Positions 29,455-38,198 of a stretch of 64,000 nucleotides of DNA are shown here, piece after piece. A program made the position numbers and the translations under genes. The stretch lies in the IMG/VR virus record IMGVR_UViG_3300025151_004056; one strand, written 5' to 3'. Numbering within the stretch: the stretch's first letter is position 1; every line of letters begins with the position of its first letter. This DNA is from an uncultured virus (IMG/VR IMGVR_UViG_3300025151_004056) (Duplodnaviria; Heunggongvirae; Uroviricota; Caudoviricetes). Under the pieces are notes generated by a model that was not told the DNA's origin, did not search any database, and worked only from the letters and a program-made list of their open reading frames with translations.

Positions 29455-30870
29455 TTATTTGTCTTTTAAAGTATTGAGTAATGACTTTAATTTTGTACTT
29501 TGGACATCACCATTTACTCGTTTTTGCTCGGGCTCTACTTGATTTTCTACTATTTCATTAGTCTGCCCTACTTGTGATGTTGTTTTAAACTTATCCATGA
29601 TAGATTGTGCAGATGGTTGTGATGTGTTGTGCGTTGGTGCATTAGTTCCTGGGTCTGTAATACGCAATGTTTCTATATCGAATGCTAATTCTACTTTTTG
29701 TCCTACCCCTGAACTTGATCTTGTCTTCATTAACTGAATTTGATACTGACCACGTTCTCTCATGCTACGTGATGTAAAGATACCGAACACGTTATCTGCT
29801 GTATTGATTTTTGATATACCACCTGAGATATGACTGTGATCAAATTCAATTTCATCAACTGAACTTCTGTTTAACTGTGATGCAGTTACGAATACTAAAT
29901 CAAACTCTTTCGCCAAGTTACGTAATTCTTCTGATACATATTTGTCTTTAACAAACAAGTCACTAGGACTTACTTTAGCACTTACTGGCATTAACAAATC
30001 CAAATAGTCAACGCACATAAAGTCTAGTTTCATACCTGTTTGTATTTGTAATTCTTTGACATATGCTCTCAAATCATTTACTGTAGATTGAGCAGGCATA
30101 TATTTAATTCTAAAGTTACCTGCGGCTTTTTGTTTCATCTTAACTTTCATTTCAACATTGTCTAAGTCTTTAAATACTTCCTTAGACTTTGTATCAGTCA
30201 ACATAGAATCGATACGCATTGCTGATAGTTCTTCACTCAATTCTAGTGTGATGTATACGCCTGATAAGCCTTGCTCTACCCAATTGACTGATAGATTTTG
30301 CATGAACAATGACTTACCTGAACCCGAACCCCCAGCAAAGATTTGCAGTTCACCTTTATTAAAACCCCCATAGAGTTTTTGATCTAAGCAGGGCCAACCA
30401 CATGATACTTGACCGTTGCTAGATTTAAGATGCATAAGACGAGCCCTAGGATCTTCAAAGTAATCGATACCTAAGTCTCTTTGTAATGATATTTGTACTG
30501 CATCTTTAATTAACTTTTCAACAGGATCATAATCACCTTTCTCTAATAAGTCTGCTGATGACATGATTGCTCTTTCTAATTCTTGTCTGCGAGTAAACGA
30601 TTCAAACTCAGTCATAAACCATTCGTAATGACCATCATCTAATTCATCAACTGTGTCGATTGTTTCGCCTGTTGTTGCTTTGATTTGCGTAGAGTCAGGC
30701 AATACCTTATATTGCTCTGAATGTTCTCTCATAAACTCTGCGACAGGTCTTAATCTTCTATCAAAGTTTTCTGCGTTAAAGATATTATTGACCCTAACAA
30801 ACAACTCTGCGTTTGTTATCATCATTCGCAAGAATAATTCTTGTACTTCTACGTTAAATTCTTTTAGCAA
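29455..30870 (-). CDS. Replicative DnaB-like helicase (gp41)
   Basis: GGSGSGKS Walker A, YITLELSE, VDYLDL, TASQLNR, MKTRSS. Confidence 0.95.
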   Translation of the reverse strand: MLKEFNVEVQELFLRMMITNAELFVRVNNIFNAENFDRRLRPVAEFMREHSEQYKVLPDSTQIKATTGETIDTVDELDDGHYEWFMTEFESFTRRQELERAIMSSADLLEKGDYDPVEKLIKDAVQISLQRDLGIDYFEDPRARLMHLKSSNGQVSCGWPCLDQKLYGGFNKGELQIFAGGSGSGKSLFMQNLSVNWVEQGLSGVYITLELSEELSAMRIDSMLTDTKSKEVFKDLDNVEMKVKMKQKAAGNFRIKYMPAQSTVNDLRAYVKELQIQTGMKLDFMCVDYLDLLMPVSAKVSPSDLFVKDKYVSEELRNLAKEFDLVFVTASQLNRSSVDEIEFDHSHISGGISKINTADNVFGIFTSRSMRERGQYQIQLMKTRSSSGVGQKVELAFDIETLRITDPGTNAPTHNTSQPSAQSIMDKFKTTSQVGQTNEIVENQVEPEQKRVNGDVQSTKLKSLLNTLKDK

Positions 30871-31828
30871 TTTTATTCCTCATAACTTCTACTTTAATTT
30901 TGCTGTTTGTTGCGGAGTCTAATATACTTAGTAGAGTATTCAGACGACCATATTTAATTACAGCATCATTTGCATCTTTAATATCTTCTGACCAGTTAGG
31001 TAAAGACACATCAAAACCTAGTTCTAATGCTCTTTCGCATATACCTAATCCTGTTTTATCCTGATCAGGAACAACAATAACACGTTTACCCAATTTGTTA
31101 ATGACAGCAACTTGATTGTCATTAATTGTGTCATGTGTCAGTGCTAAACCATTCATTGAGATAGCATCAAAAATACCTTCAAAAACTAATACGACTTCCC
31201 ATTCATCTTTTTGTAAATCAGTACCAAATACATATCCTTGTTGCTGATCATTTATGAACTTAGGATTTCTGTCGTCCATAAATCTTATTGTACTACCAAC
31301 AACTTTATTTTCATATGTATAAGGGATAATTATACCCTGTGCTTGTCTACCCTCTGCATTAGGATTGACCATAAAAGGATAGTCGTTGTGTTGCAATCCT
31401 CTCTTGTTTAAGTAGTCAATGTATACTTGATGATTTTTATTAGCAGTATAAATCAACTCACCTTCTGGCATCGGCTGTTCTTTAAATTTAGGCAACTTCT
31501 GCTGTTTCTTTTTGTGTAAAATAGATTCTAACAAATCTTTATGTTGTATAGAATGCAAAGACCATTTATTAATATCTTGGTCTGGCATATTACACCACGT
31601 TAAGAAGTTACGTGTACGTTTACTAATTGCTCTGCCTAGTTTGAAACCACACTTAAAGCCACAATTAAAACAATGATAGTTCCAATCATCACCATCTGCT
31701 TTAATTCCCCCTCGCATTCTTTTGTCAGGGTTATGCCCATTGTGATGGCAACAAGGCGCATTGAATGAAGTCCATCCACTCTGCGTCTGCTTCTTTTTGC
31801 CTGGGACAATCGTAAGTATATCAAACAT
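30854..31828 (-). CDS. DNA primase (gp61-like)
   Basis: Zn finger (PCC..HCFNC), TOPRIM VFEGIFDA, PDQDKTG, KDAND. Confidence 0.9.
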   Translation of the reverse strand: MFDILTIVPGKKKQTQSGWTSFNAPCCHHNGHNPDKRMRGGIKADGDDWNYHCFNCGFKCGFKLGRAISKRTRNFLTWCNMPDQDINKWSLHSIQHKDLLESILHKKKQQKLPKFKEQPMPEGELIYTANKNHQVYIDYLNKRGLQHNDYPFMVNPNAEGRQAQGIIIPYTYENKVVGSTIRFMDDRNPKFINDQQQGYVFGTDLQKDEWEVVLVFEGIFDAISMNGLALTHDTINDNQVAVINKLGKRVIVVPDQDKTGLGICERALELGFDVSLPNWSEDIKDANDAVIKYGRLNTLLSILDSATNSKIKVEVMRNKIAKRI

Positions 31829-31835
31829 ATCTGAT

Positions 31836-31864
31836 ATTATATACGAAAAATAGAGTTAAAACAA
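31836..31864 (-). promoter_or_regulatory. sigma70-type promoter, near-leaderless primase mRNA
   Basis: TTGTTT-17-TATAAT, then 7 nt to ATG. Confidence 0.55.
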
Positions 31865-31878
31865 GTAAACAGGGTAAC

Positions 31879-32679
31879 TTATCTAGCCAAAATAGTAACT
31901 ATGTTACCCACATTCGATTCAAATTTTATTTTAATGAATGGATGATATCCGGCAATCGTGTAACCTATAGTCTTAGATTCACTTTCTCCTGATTCTGCAT
32001 TACCATATGAATGTGTTTCAATATCATAAAAGGCTGAATCAACTAAAGTTGATCCTTGTATAGTAATGTTGCCTACGTAGTTCGCATAATCTATTGAAGT
32101 AGTAAGTACAGGATTATCTTGTGTATTGATAATACTTGAATAGAATGTTACTGCTTCTGAATTTGCGTTTGCATTCGCATTAGGAAATGGTTGATCGTTT
32201 GGAATCGTTACATTCTGCGACGGTACAAACGAAGGTAGTATTGAGTCAACAATATTTAAATCACCTCTAGCACCTGCTTTAGAATCTACAAAGACAGGTA
32301 AGTTAAGATTACCACTTGGCCATTCTAATGAGTAATAACATTTCTGTGATTCAATATCTTCAATCTCAGCCGCTGTAGTGTTTAATTGAAATATACCATT
32401 GATATCAAGTACAGGTGTCAATGCCTTTCTGAAAAGGACTTCGGTACCATCTGAGTTGATGGCTCTAAATGATATTTGTTGACCTTCAGTTGCAATATAT
32501 GACAAGTCTACAGGCTTTTGCTCCTGATTCAGAAACTGAAATTGCAATTGATTATCAACACCTTTATTTAAGGTTAATGGTTTTGAATAAACTGGCATAT
32601 ATTTCCTCGGGCTTGTGCCTGACAAAACCACAACGATTTGTCTGACTGTATAAGTATATACTGATGTAGTGTAAGACAC
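31879..32679 (-). CDS. Putative virion structural (beta-rich, baseplate-associated) protein
   Basis: LNKGVDNQLQFQFLNQEQKPVDL; late box and GGAG SD. Confidence 0.5.
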   Translation of the reverse strand: MSYTTSVYTYTVRQIVVVLSGTSPRKYMPVYSKPLTLNKGVDNQLQFQFLNQEQKPVDLSYIATEGQQISFRAINSDGTEVLFRKALTPVLDINGIFQLNTTAAEIEDIESQKCYYSLEWPSGNLNLPVFVDSKAGARGDLNIVDSILPSFVPSQNVTIPNDQPFPNANANANSEAVTFYSSIINTQDNPVLTTSIDYANYVGNITIQGSTLVDSAFYDIETHSYGNAESGESESKTIGYTIAGYHPFIKIKFESNVGNIVTILAR

Positions 32680-32771
32680 AAATTTTAATCTCCTATAGAA
32701 TATATTTATCTCTACATGTACTAACCAAGAAATTTGACCATTTTTTTCATGGTACTAAATACTTTACATAC

Positions 32772-33164
32772 ATGACAGATTCAAAGAAACCAATCGACTT
32801 TTTCGTAAAACTGACAGAGACTCACCCTTTTATTTCGGTGTTGCAATACGCCGGGTCGGACTTTGTTGGCATCGTTCAGAACCGCGATGATCTTGTTACA
32901 ACTATATATGATTACGGTGCAATTGTTGATACAGAAAAACGATTGAAGTTTTTAGAGTTAGGAGACGTTTGGTGGTGGGAGTCGAATCGTCAAATACCTA
33001 TTCATTTATTTCTTAAACAAGAGTGGGCTATGTTTAAGCCTTTCTTAAGAACATTCAATAACAAATCATTGACATTGTTACATGGACCTGTTGTATCAAT
33101 GACTGACTTTCAAAAGAAAAGAGTTAAAAGAAAATCGATTACTTTGGTGAAGAGACCTTACTAA
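32772..33164 (+). CDS. Hypothetical protein
   Basis: 130 aa, WWWESNRQIPI; late box upstream. Confidence 0.65.
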   Translation: MTDSKKPIDFFVKLTETHPFISVLQYAGSDFVGIVQNRDDLVTTIYDYGAIVDTEKRLKFLELGDVWWWESNRQIPIHLFLKQEWAMFKPFLRTFNNKSLTLLHGPVVSMTDFQKKRVKRKSITLVKRPY

Positions 33165-33696
33165 GTCTTTTAGCCATCTTAGCAATTTGACGTTTCTTTT
33201 TTGCTCTGCGTTTCTTAGCCAATTCTAAACTAAGTTTGCTTTGCACACGTTCTTCAAACGTAACGCCTAATAGGTGATCATACTCATGCAAAAATACACG
33301 TGCTTGAATACCAGTAAGATGTTTTTCTTTAACGATTTCACCATCGATTTGTTGATATGAAACTACGCATTCAGGTTGTCTTGGGACATGCAACCATAGA
33401 TCAGGATAACTTAAGCACCCTTCTAAGAATAATTCCTTTTCTCCTCTAAGTTCATCTACTTGAGGATTAATAAAAGCCATTAACTTTTCATCTGTGCCCA
33501 TGATGAATATATTTTTCATTACGCCACACTGTGGTGCCGCTAAACCGATACCAGGATGATTAGGGTTAAACATCACTTTAGTCATTGCTTTAATTAAATC
33601 AGTTGGATCACCGTCAAGTTTAAAGTCCCATGGTTCACAAGGTTCCTTTAGTTTAGGATCATTCTCTGATAACAATGTTAAAGTAAGTTCTTCCAT
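33139..33696 (-). CDS. def: Peptide deformylase
   Basis: GIGLAAPQ, EGCLS, HEYDH motifs; basic C-terminal tail. Confidence 0.95.
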   Translation of the reverse strand: MEELTLTLLSENDPKLKEPCEPWDFKLDGDPTDLIKAMTKVMFNPNHPGIGLAAPQCGVMKNIFIMGTDEKLMAFINPQVDELRGEKELFLEGCLSYPDLWLHVPRQPECVVSYQQIDGEIVKEKHLTGIQARVFLHEYDHLLGVTFEERVQSKLSLELAKKRRAKKKRQIAKMAKRLSKVSSPK

Positions 33697-33968
33697 TATG
33701 TTTGCCTTGTGTATGCGTCAAGTAAGGCTTGACCAGTTAGTTTAGTTCCAATTATTTCTGTTTTGCCTGATGCAATATACTGTCTTTGAACTGTGCCGTC
33801 AAAATATTCAGTATCAATTACACGCAAATCATCACCAGTTCTATCTGGATTGTTCTCATACCACATTGTAGTAAACGAATGTGCATGGACGCACTTAACT
33901 CCTCTTGACCACTCTTCGGCTTTTATCATTTGTCTTTGTCTCTCAACGACTTCATCATATTGACTCAT
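33696..33968 (-). CDS. Hypothetical protein
   Basis: 90-aa ORF with GAGG SD, coupled to neighbours. Confidence 0.6.
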   Translation of the reverse strand: MSQYDEVVERQRQMIKAEEWSRGVKCVHAHSFTTMWYENNPDRTGDDLRVIDTEYFDGTVQRQYIASGKTEIIGTKLTGQALLDAYTRQT

Positions 33969-34536
33969 CTTGCTCCTCTAGTAAATTCATATGCACTACA
34001 ACTAATTGTGCATATGCCACTGCATGTGACTTTTTAAACGTGTATCCTGTATTGTTGTCAATCCACACAGTTTTACTTATCTCTTTCCATGTCTTCCCAA
34101 TAAGATTTCTTTTTGCTGGACGAATTACTGCCAAGAACATTGCAAGTCTTGGGATACTATTGATAGGTTCTGGCATTTGTTGCATAACATCAAACTGTTT
34201 GTTTAAATGCAACAACACCGATACAAAATTTCTTTCTTTTAATCGATCCCAATTAGGTTCTGTCATAAGACTAATCAAATGTAGTTCATCTTTTACTGCT
34301 TTGTAGATGTTAACGTTCAACAAGTCTAATTTAAAATACCCTCGTTCATCTGCTTCTTTGTAATCTAAGTTGCACATGTCATTTACAGGGTCGTAGGGAA
34401 CATCTGTAATGTATACACCAGTAGGATGTTTCTTCATCGGTTCTACATCACGCATCGCCGCAGGAACATGTTTGATTAATTTGAGTAGTTGATTTCTATC
34501 ACCGAAATCTATGTCAATGTCTGACTGTATACTCAT
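33955..34536 (-). CDS. Miniature DNA polymerase III alpha (DnaE)-like protein
   Basis: DIDIDF, KHPTGVY, GYFKLDLL, LAVIRP, YTFKKSHAVAYA in 193 aa. Confidence 0.8.
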   Translation of the reverse strand: MSIQSDIDIDFGDRNQLLKLIKHVPAAMRDVEPMKKHPTGVYITDVPYDPVNDMCNLDYKEADERGYFKLDLLNVNIYKAVKDELHLISLMTEPNWDRLKERNFVSVLLHLNKQFDVMQQMPEPINSIPRLAMFLAVIRPAKRNLIGKTWKEISKTVWIDNNTGYTFKKSHAVAYAQLVVVHMNLLEEQDESI

Positions 34537-35075
34537 TTAAGTCCTGCTTGTTTAAGTTTCTGATATGCACGTTGTACAACTACTGCTTGATGTTCGGCAT
34601 CTTCTACTGCTTTGTGAGACGTTACTGCTTGACCATCTTTAAGAGATACGTTACAAAGATCATAAATTGTTCTTGTATCTCTAATAGTATAGAAGGGCCA
34701 AGGTATCGGCATTTCTAATTGCCTAAAGGCGTTTTCTGCCACAACAATATCAAAACCAGCACCGTTAGACCAAACTGCTCTACGGTTCCAGCAGAACTTG
34801 TACAGTATATCCATAGCCTCTGCGAAAGGGATTCTACCGTTGTCGCCCATTGCTTCATTAATCGCATCTTCACTTTGCTCTCCCCACCACCTTAATGTAT
34901 CTGGATTTATGTGTCTGTTAAATTTTTCAGTTTGTGAATCTATTTCAGGACGTAGTTCTAGTTTTTCTGCGACTCCATTACCCATAGGATCAAAACGAAC
35001 AGCACCGATTGTTAAGATAACACAATCAGGGTCTGTACTCAGAGTCTCCATATCTATCATTACGTCATTTGCCAT
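34533..35075 (-). CDS. DEDDh 3'-5' exonuclease (DexA/RNase T-like)
   Basis: MIDMETL, WSNGAGFD, RDTRT, HKAVEDA. Confidence 0.9.
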   Translation of the reverse strand: MANDVMIDMETLSTDPDCVILTIGAVRFDPMGNGVAEKLELRPEIDSQTEKFNRHINPDTLRWWGEQSEDAINEAMGDNGRIPFAEAMDILYKFCWNRRAVWSNGAGFDIVVAENAFRQLEMPIPWPFYTIRDTRTIYDLCNVSLKDGQAVTSHKAVEDAEHQAVVVQRAYQKLKQAGLK

Positions 35076-35871
35076 TACTACTCCACACGTTATCTTCGTT
35101 TCTTATTTCTTTTATTATATCATTTCTGAGGTAATTAATCAATAGAATGGAACGTTTTTTGGGTAAATGCAATGGCATAGTAGAATGCATTAAACGAGTA
35201 TTATAAAACAAGATACTACCTTTTGGCATGTCATACTGTTCTGCATTCTCTAAAAAGTATTCATCATGCAAACCTTCATAGCAATCTTGTATATCCCAAT
35301 CTTGTTGATGACTGTAAGGGATAAGTCCAGTTGCTCCTGTGTCTTTGTCTAAGTCATCAAGCGGAATGATAACTTGTATGCCACAGATATCGTTGTTTTC
35401 TCTTTTATTATATTTTTTAAATCGATGTGGTGTATCAATGTGAGGTCCTACCCATCTGCTTGGACCATTGATTGTTACGATATCACTTGCATAAAATGTT
35501 GCATCAGTTAAATGTTTTTTGATTTCAGGATAGATAAGTTCATGTATCTCTTTTACTTCGTCCCAATCATCTGTAAGTTGACTCCACCATACAGCAATGC
35601 CAAACAGTTTTTTACATGCCTCTGCTTCTGCATACTGCTTCTTATGTGTGGATGCTCGTACAGGGTAGAGTTCGTCCTTTCTGTCGTTTATACGTTGAAT
35701 AAGGTCGTCTGATATGATATCATTTATGATATCAAAACCCCTGCCTTCATGTGATAATTGATCATTAATGATATCTTTTTTACCGAAGATACGATCATAG
35801 TTAGCGGCATAGGCTTTTTGATTTTCTGTCTTTCTAGGTGCGGATCCTTTTCCACCGTGCCACTGACTCAT
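35065..35871 (-). CDS. Phytanoyl-CoA dioxygenase-family 2OG-Fe(II) oxygenase
   Basis: PHID (HxD), IPLDD..TGATGLIPYSH, GSILFY..LMH..R; start MSQW overlaps upstream stop. Confidence 0.85.
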   Translation of the reverse strand: MSQWHGGKGSAPRKTENQKAYAANYDRIFGKKDIINDQLSHEGRGFDIINDIISDDLIQRINDRKDELYPVRASTHKKQYAEAEACKKLFGIAVWWSQLTDDWDEVKEIHELIYPEIKKHLTDATFYASDIVTINGPSRWVGPHIDTPHRFKKYNKRENNDICGIQVIIPLDDLDKDTGATGLIPYSHQQDWDIQDCYEGLHDEYFLENAEQYDMPKGSILFYNTRLMHSTMPLHLPKKRSILLINYLRNDIIKEIRNEDNVWSSNGK

Positions 35872-36260
35872 TGCCACCTCGTTTCTAGCCACACACGTTC
35901 TTCGTCACCTGCTAGATATATTCTACGTTGCTTATGATCTTCTTCATTAGACCAACACCAGTTTTCATTCAGTGTATCGTATGTACTGTCGTTGTATTGT
36001 GCTAGGCTCATAAAGTTTGATAGTTCATGTACTCTGTCGTAATCTTTCATATCACAACTAGGTCCCCATGTATCCCAACACCAATCTCGTACTTTATTAA
36101 AATTTATGATAGAAGACAAATCAGTATGTGCTAAAGGTCTAGGATGAAAACGTTCATATCTGGGAGGAGTTTTAGTGACACAACACCACTTGAATATGTC
36201 ATGTCCTTTCCATCGACCATCTAGTTCATAGAATTGTAAATGTACTTCTACTGTATTCAA
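35868..36260 (-). CDS. Hypothetical Trp-rich protein
   Basis: 130 aa, RDWCWDTWGPS. Confidence 0.6.
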   Translation of the reverse strand: MNTVEVHLQFYELDGRWKGHDIFKWCCVTKTPPRYERFHPRPLAHTDLSSIINFNKVRDWCWDTWGPSCDMKDYDRVHELSNFMSLAQYNDSTYDTLNENWCWSNEEDHKQRRIYLAGDEERVWLETRWQ

Positions 36261-36967
36261 TACCCTGCTTGCCTCAATAACTCTTTTACTTCAACTACAA
36301 CTTCTGCATCACGGTTAAATTTAATCGCCCACTTCTCAGGGTCAATATATTCTAATACCATTTTTTGTTGTACTTCATCTAACTTACTTAGAAACTCTGC
36401 ACCAGACTCACTCTGATACAACGACCAAGGCGATACTCTTCCTGTTGTGACTTCATAACAGATTCTATTTGGAGCACCATATCTAAATGCATCTTTACTT
36501 TCTATCTGATCATCTTTACAAATTTCGATAAGAGTCTCCATGCTACGAGCAATTGCATCTAATGGATCTTCTTGTCTAAGATATTCAACAATAAACTTAG
36601 TGTAGTTTTTATCACTAGTCCAACTGTCGATTCTAATTTGATTTCTAAGCAACCAATCAGCATAACGATTTACATTGATACATCTTGTGTTGACACAATA
36701 ATGACCGAACTTAACAAAGGCTAGATAATAAGAACTTTTAGTAAAGTCCACATAAGTCTTTTGCTTTTTGCTAGAAGTGTTTTGTGCATAGAAGTTCAAC
36801 CATGCATTAAAACCTATACGATTACCTTTAAGGTTCCTATCACCATATCTGCGTTTCTGTTCGCAAAGATGTTTTTCAATAGTACTCTCTTTTGCAAAAC
36901 TTCTTCCGCAAAAATCGCAACCAAACTTTTTAGTTGCCGAGTTCTTTTTCGTATTCTTCGATTTCAT
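36257..36967 (-). CDS. Hypothetical protein with N-terminal Zn finger
   Basis: CDFCGRSF..EKHLC; start uncertain, overlaps upstream gene. Confidence 0.65.
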   Translation of the reverse strand: MKSKNTKKNSATKKFGCDFCGRSFAKESTIEKHLCEQKRRYGDRNLKGNRIGFNAWLNFYAQNTSSKKQKTYVDFTKSSYYLAFVKFGHYCVNTRCINVNRYADWLLRNQIRIDSWTSDKNYTKFIVEYLRQEDPLDAIARSMETLIEICKDDQIESKDAFRYGAPNRICYEVTTGRVSPWSLYQSESGAEFLSKLDEVQQKMVLEYIDPEKWAIKFNRDAEVVVEVKELLRQAGY

Positions 36968-37517
36968 TATCTGTAACGAGTTCACTAAGTAATTCTACCT
37001 CATCAAATTTTAGTTCTGGAAACTTTTCTGCTAGATACATTTTGCGTTTGTGTTGTTCACAAAACAATTTTGCTATCTCAGTAAGTTCTCCTGCTGTTAG
37101 TTTAGGATATACTTTTTTATAGTAATCTTTTATATCTTTAGGCTTTGCAGTATCTTTTAACTTGCTTACGCCTGCTTTAATGTGAGGGATCCATTGATGA
37201 TATTGTTTACCAATACCTGGACTCGCCGCACACAACATCAACCATTGTAATTTAGGATGATGCATTATGTTTTCATTAAACAAATGTGTGTTGGCATGAT
37301 AGTCAACACTCTGTAAATAGTATTGCGACAACTCACGTTTACCTTTTACTACACTAATCCAATGTAGCATCATAAACGGAACAAACTTCTTTTGTTGTTC
37401 AGCAGTTAGTCTGTCGTAATAACCATAATCTTTTTTATCGATTGCCGCTATAGCCTCAAACAAGTTAAAGTCTTGCTTTTCAAACTTTTCATCTTTTGGA
37501 GTTTTTGCTCTAGCCAA
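36930..37517 (-). CDS. Putative clamp loader small subunit (gp62-like)
   Basis: FNLFEAIAAIDKKD..PFMMLHWIS..LQW..WIP pattern; TTG start after GAGG. Confidence 0.5.
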   Translation of the reverse strand: MARAKTPKDEKFEKQDFNLFEAIAAIDKKDYGYYDRLTAEQQKKFVPFMMLHWISVVKGKRELSQYYLQSVDYHANTHLFNENIMHHPKLQWLMLCAASPGIGKQYHQWIPHIKAGVSKLKDTAKPKDIKDYYKKVYPKLTAGELTEIAKLFCEQHKRKMYLAEKFPELKFDEVELLSELVTDNEIEEYEKELGN

Positions 37518-37665
37518 AATAACCTCTTGCAAACCACCCTACTGCAATTGAGAGGGGTGCTATAATAAACAAATCAACTATCCAATGCAATGCAATAGAC
37601 AGTGTAACTATTTCTTTCCAATGTATTTTGCAGACATTCTTCCAATGATCAAAAGACTTGAGCAT
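37510..37665 (-). CDS. Small membrane protein (51 aa, not in ORF track)
   Basis: MLKSFDHWKNVCKIHWKEIVTLSIALHWIVDLFIIAPLSIAVGWFARGYFG fills the gap and overlaps both neighbours. Confidence 0.55.
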   Translation of the reverse strand: MLKSFDHWKNVCKIHWKEIVTLSIALHWIVDLFIIAPLSIAVGWFARGYFG

Positions 37666-38149
37666 AATCTACAACTTCACAATTTCTACTAATTTCTTTA
37701 ACAAAGTAGATACATCTTGGCTTGGGACCATCGTCTAAAGGCACACATAAGAACTGACCGTTACGTAGTCTTGGTGCGTACCATGTTACATCTGAATAAA
37801 TGTCTACAATCTCTATTGGGAGAAAGCCTGGAGAGAATGACGATAACGGATTAAATGAGAAGACTGAAAAGCCTCTGTCATTCAAAGATGAGAGAGGAAG
37901 TGTTTCTAAGTCTCCACCTTCTTCATCACCGATCAACACTTGCCAATCAACTGGCATCTTAATCTGCTTGTCACCAACTTGCAATACAACTGCTGGAGCA
38001 TTGAATGACTCTAAAAAGATAAGCGGAATGTAATAGTAATCCACGAATGTAGGATTAGAATTATCTAAAATTGCAAATCGAAGGTCATCGATTTCTTCTG
38101 GTAACGTTTCTAAATTATAGTATTGGTCTTCTAATGTTAGTATTCTCAT
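37649..38149 (-). CDS. Hypothetical beta-rich protein
   Basis: 166-aa ORF after uvsW with own promoter. Confidence 0.65.
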   Translation of the reverse strand: MRILTLEDQYYNLETLPEEIDDLRFAILDNSNPTFVDYYYIPLIFLESFNAPAVVLQVGDKQIKMPVDWQVLIGDEEGGDLETLPLSSLNDRGFSVFSFNPLSSFSPGFLPIEIVDIYSDVTWYAPRLRNGQFLCVPLDDGPKPRCIYFVKEISRNCEVVDYAQVF

Positions 38150-38155
38150 TTTGTT

Positions 38156-38184
38156 ATTATACTGCTCCTTGCAGAATTATTCAA
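38156..38184 (-). promoter_or_regulatory. sigma70-type promoter giving leaderless mRNA
   Basis: TTGAAT-17-TATAAT-6 nt-ATG(38149). Confidence 0.65.
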
Positions 38185-38198
38185 GTTAATCGGTAAAA

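Noticed and set aside
36930..36985. Programmed frameshift joining the gp62-like and Zn-finger genes
   Set aside because: An in-frame ATG at 36967 explains the overlap; no clear slippery site with stimulator
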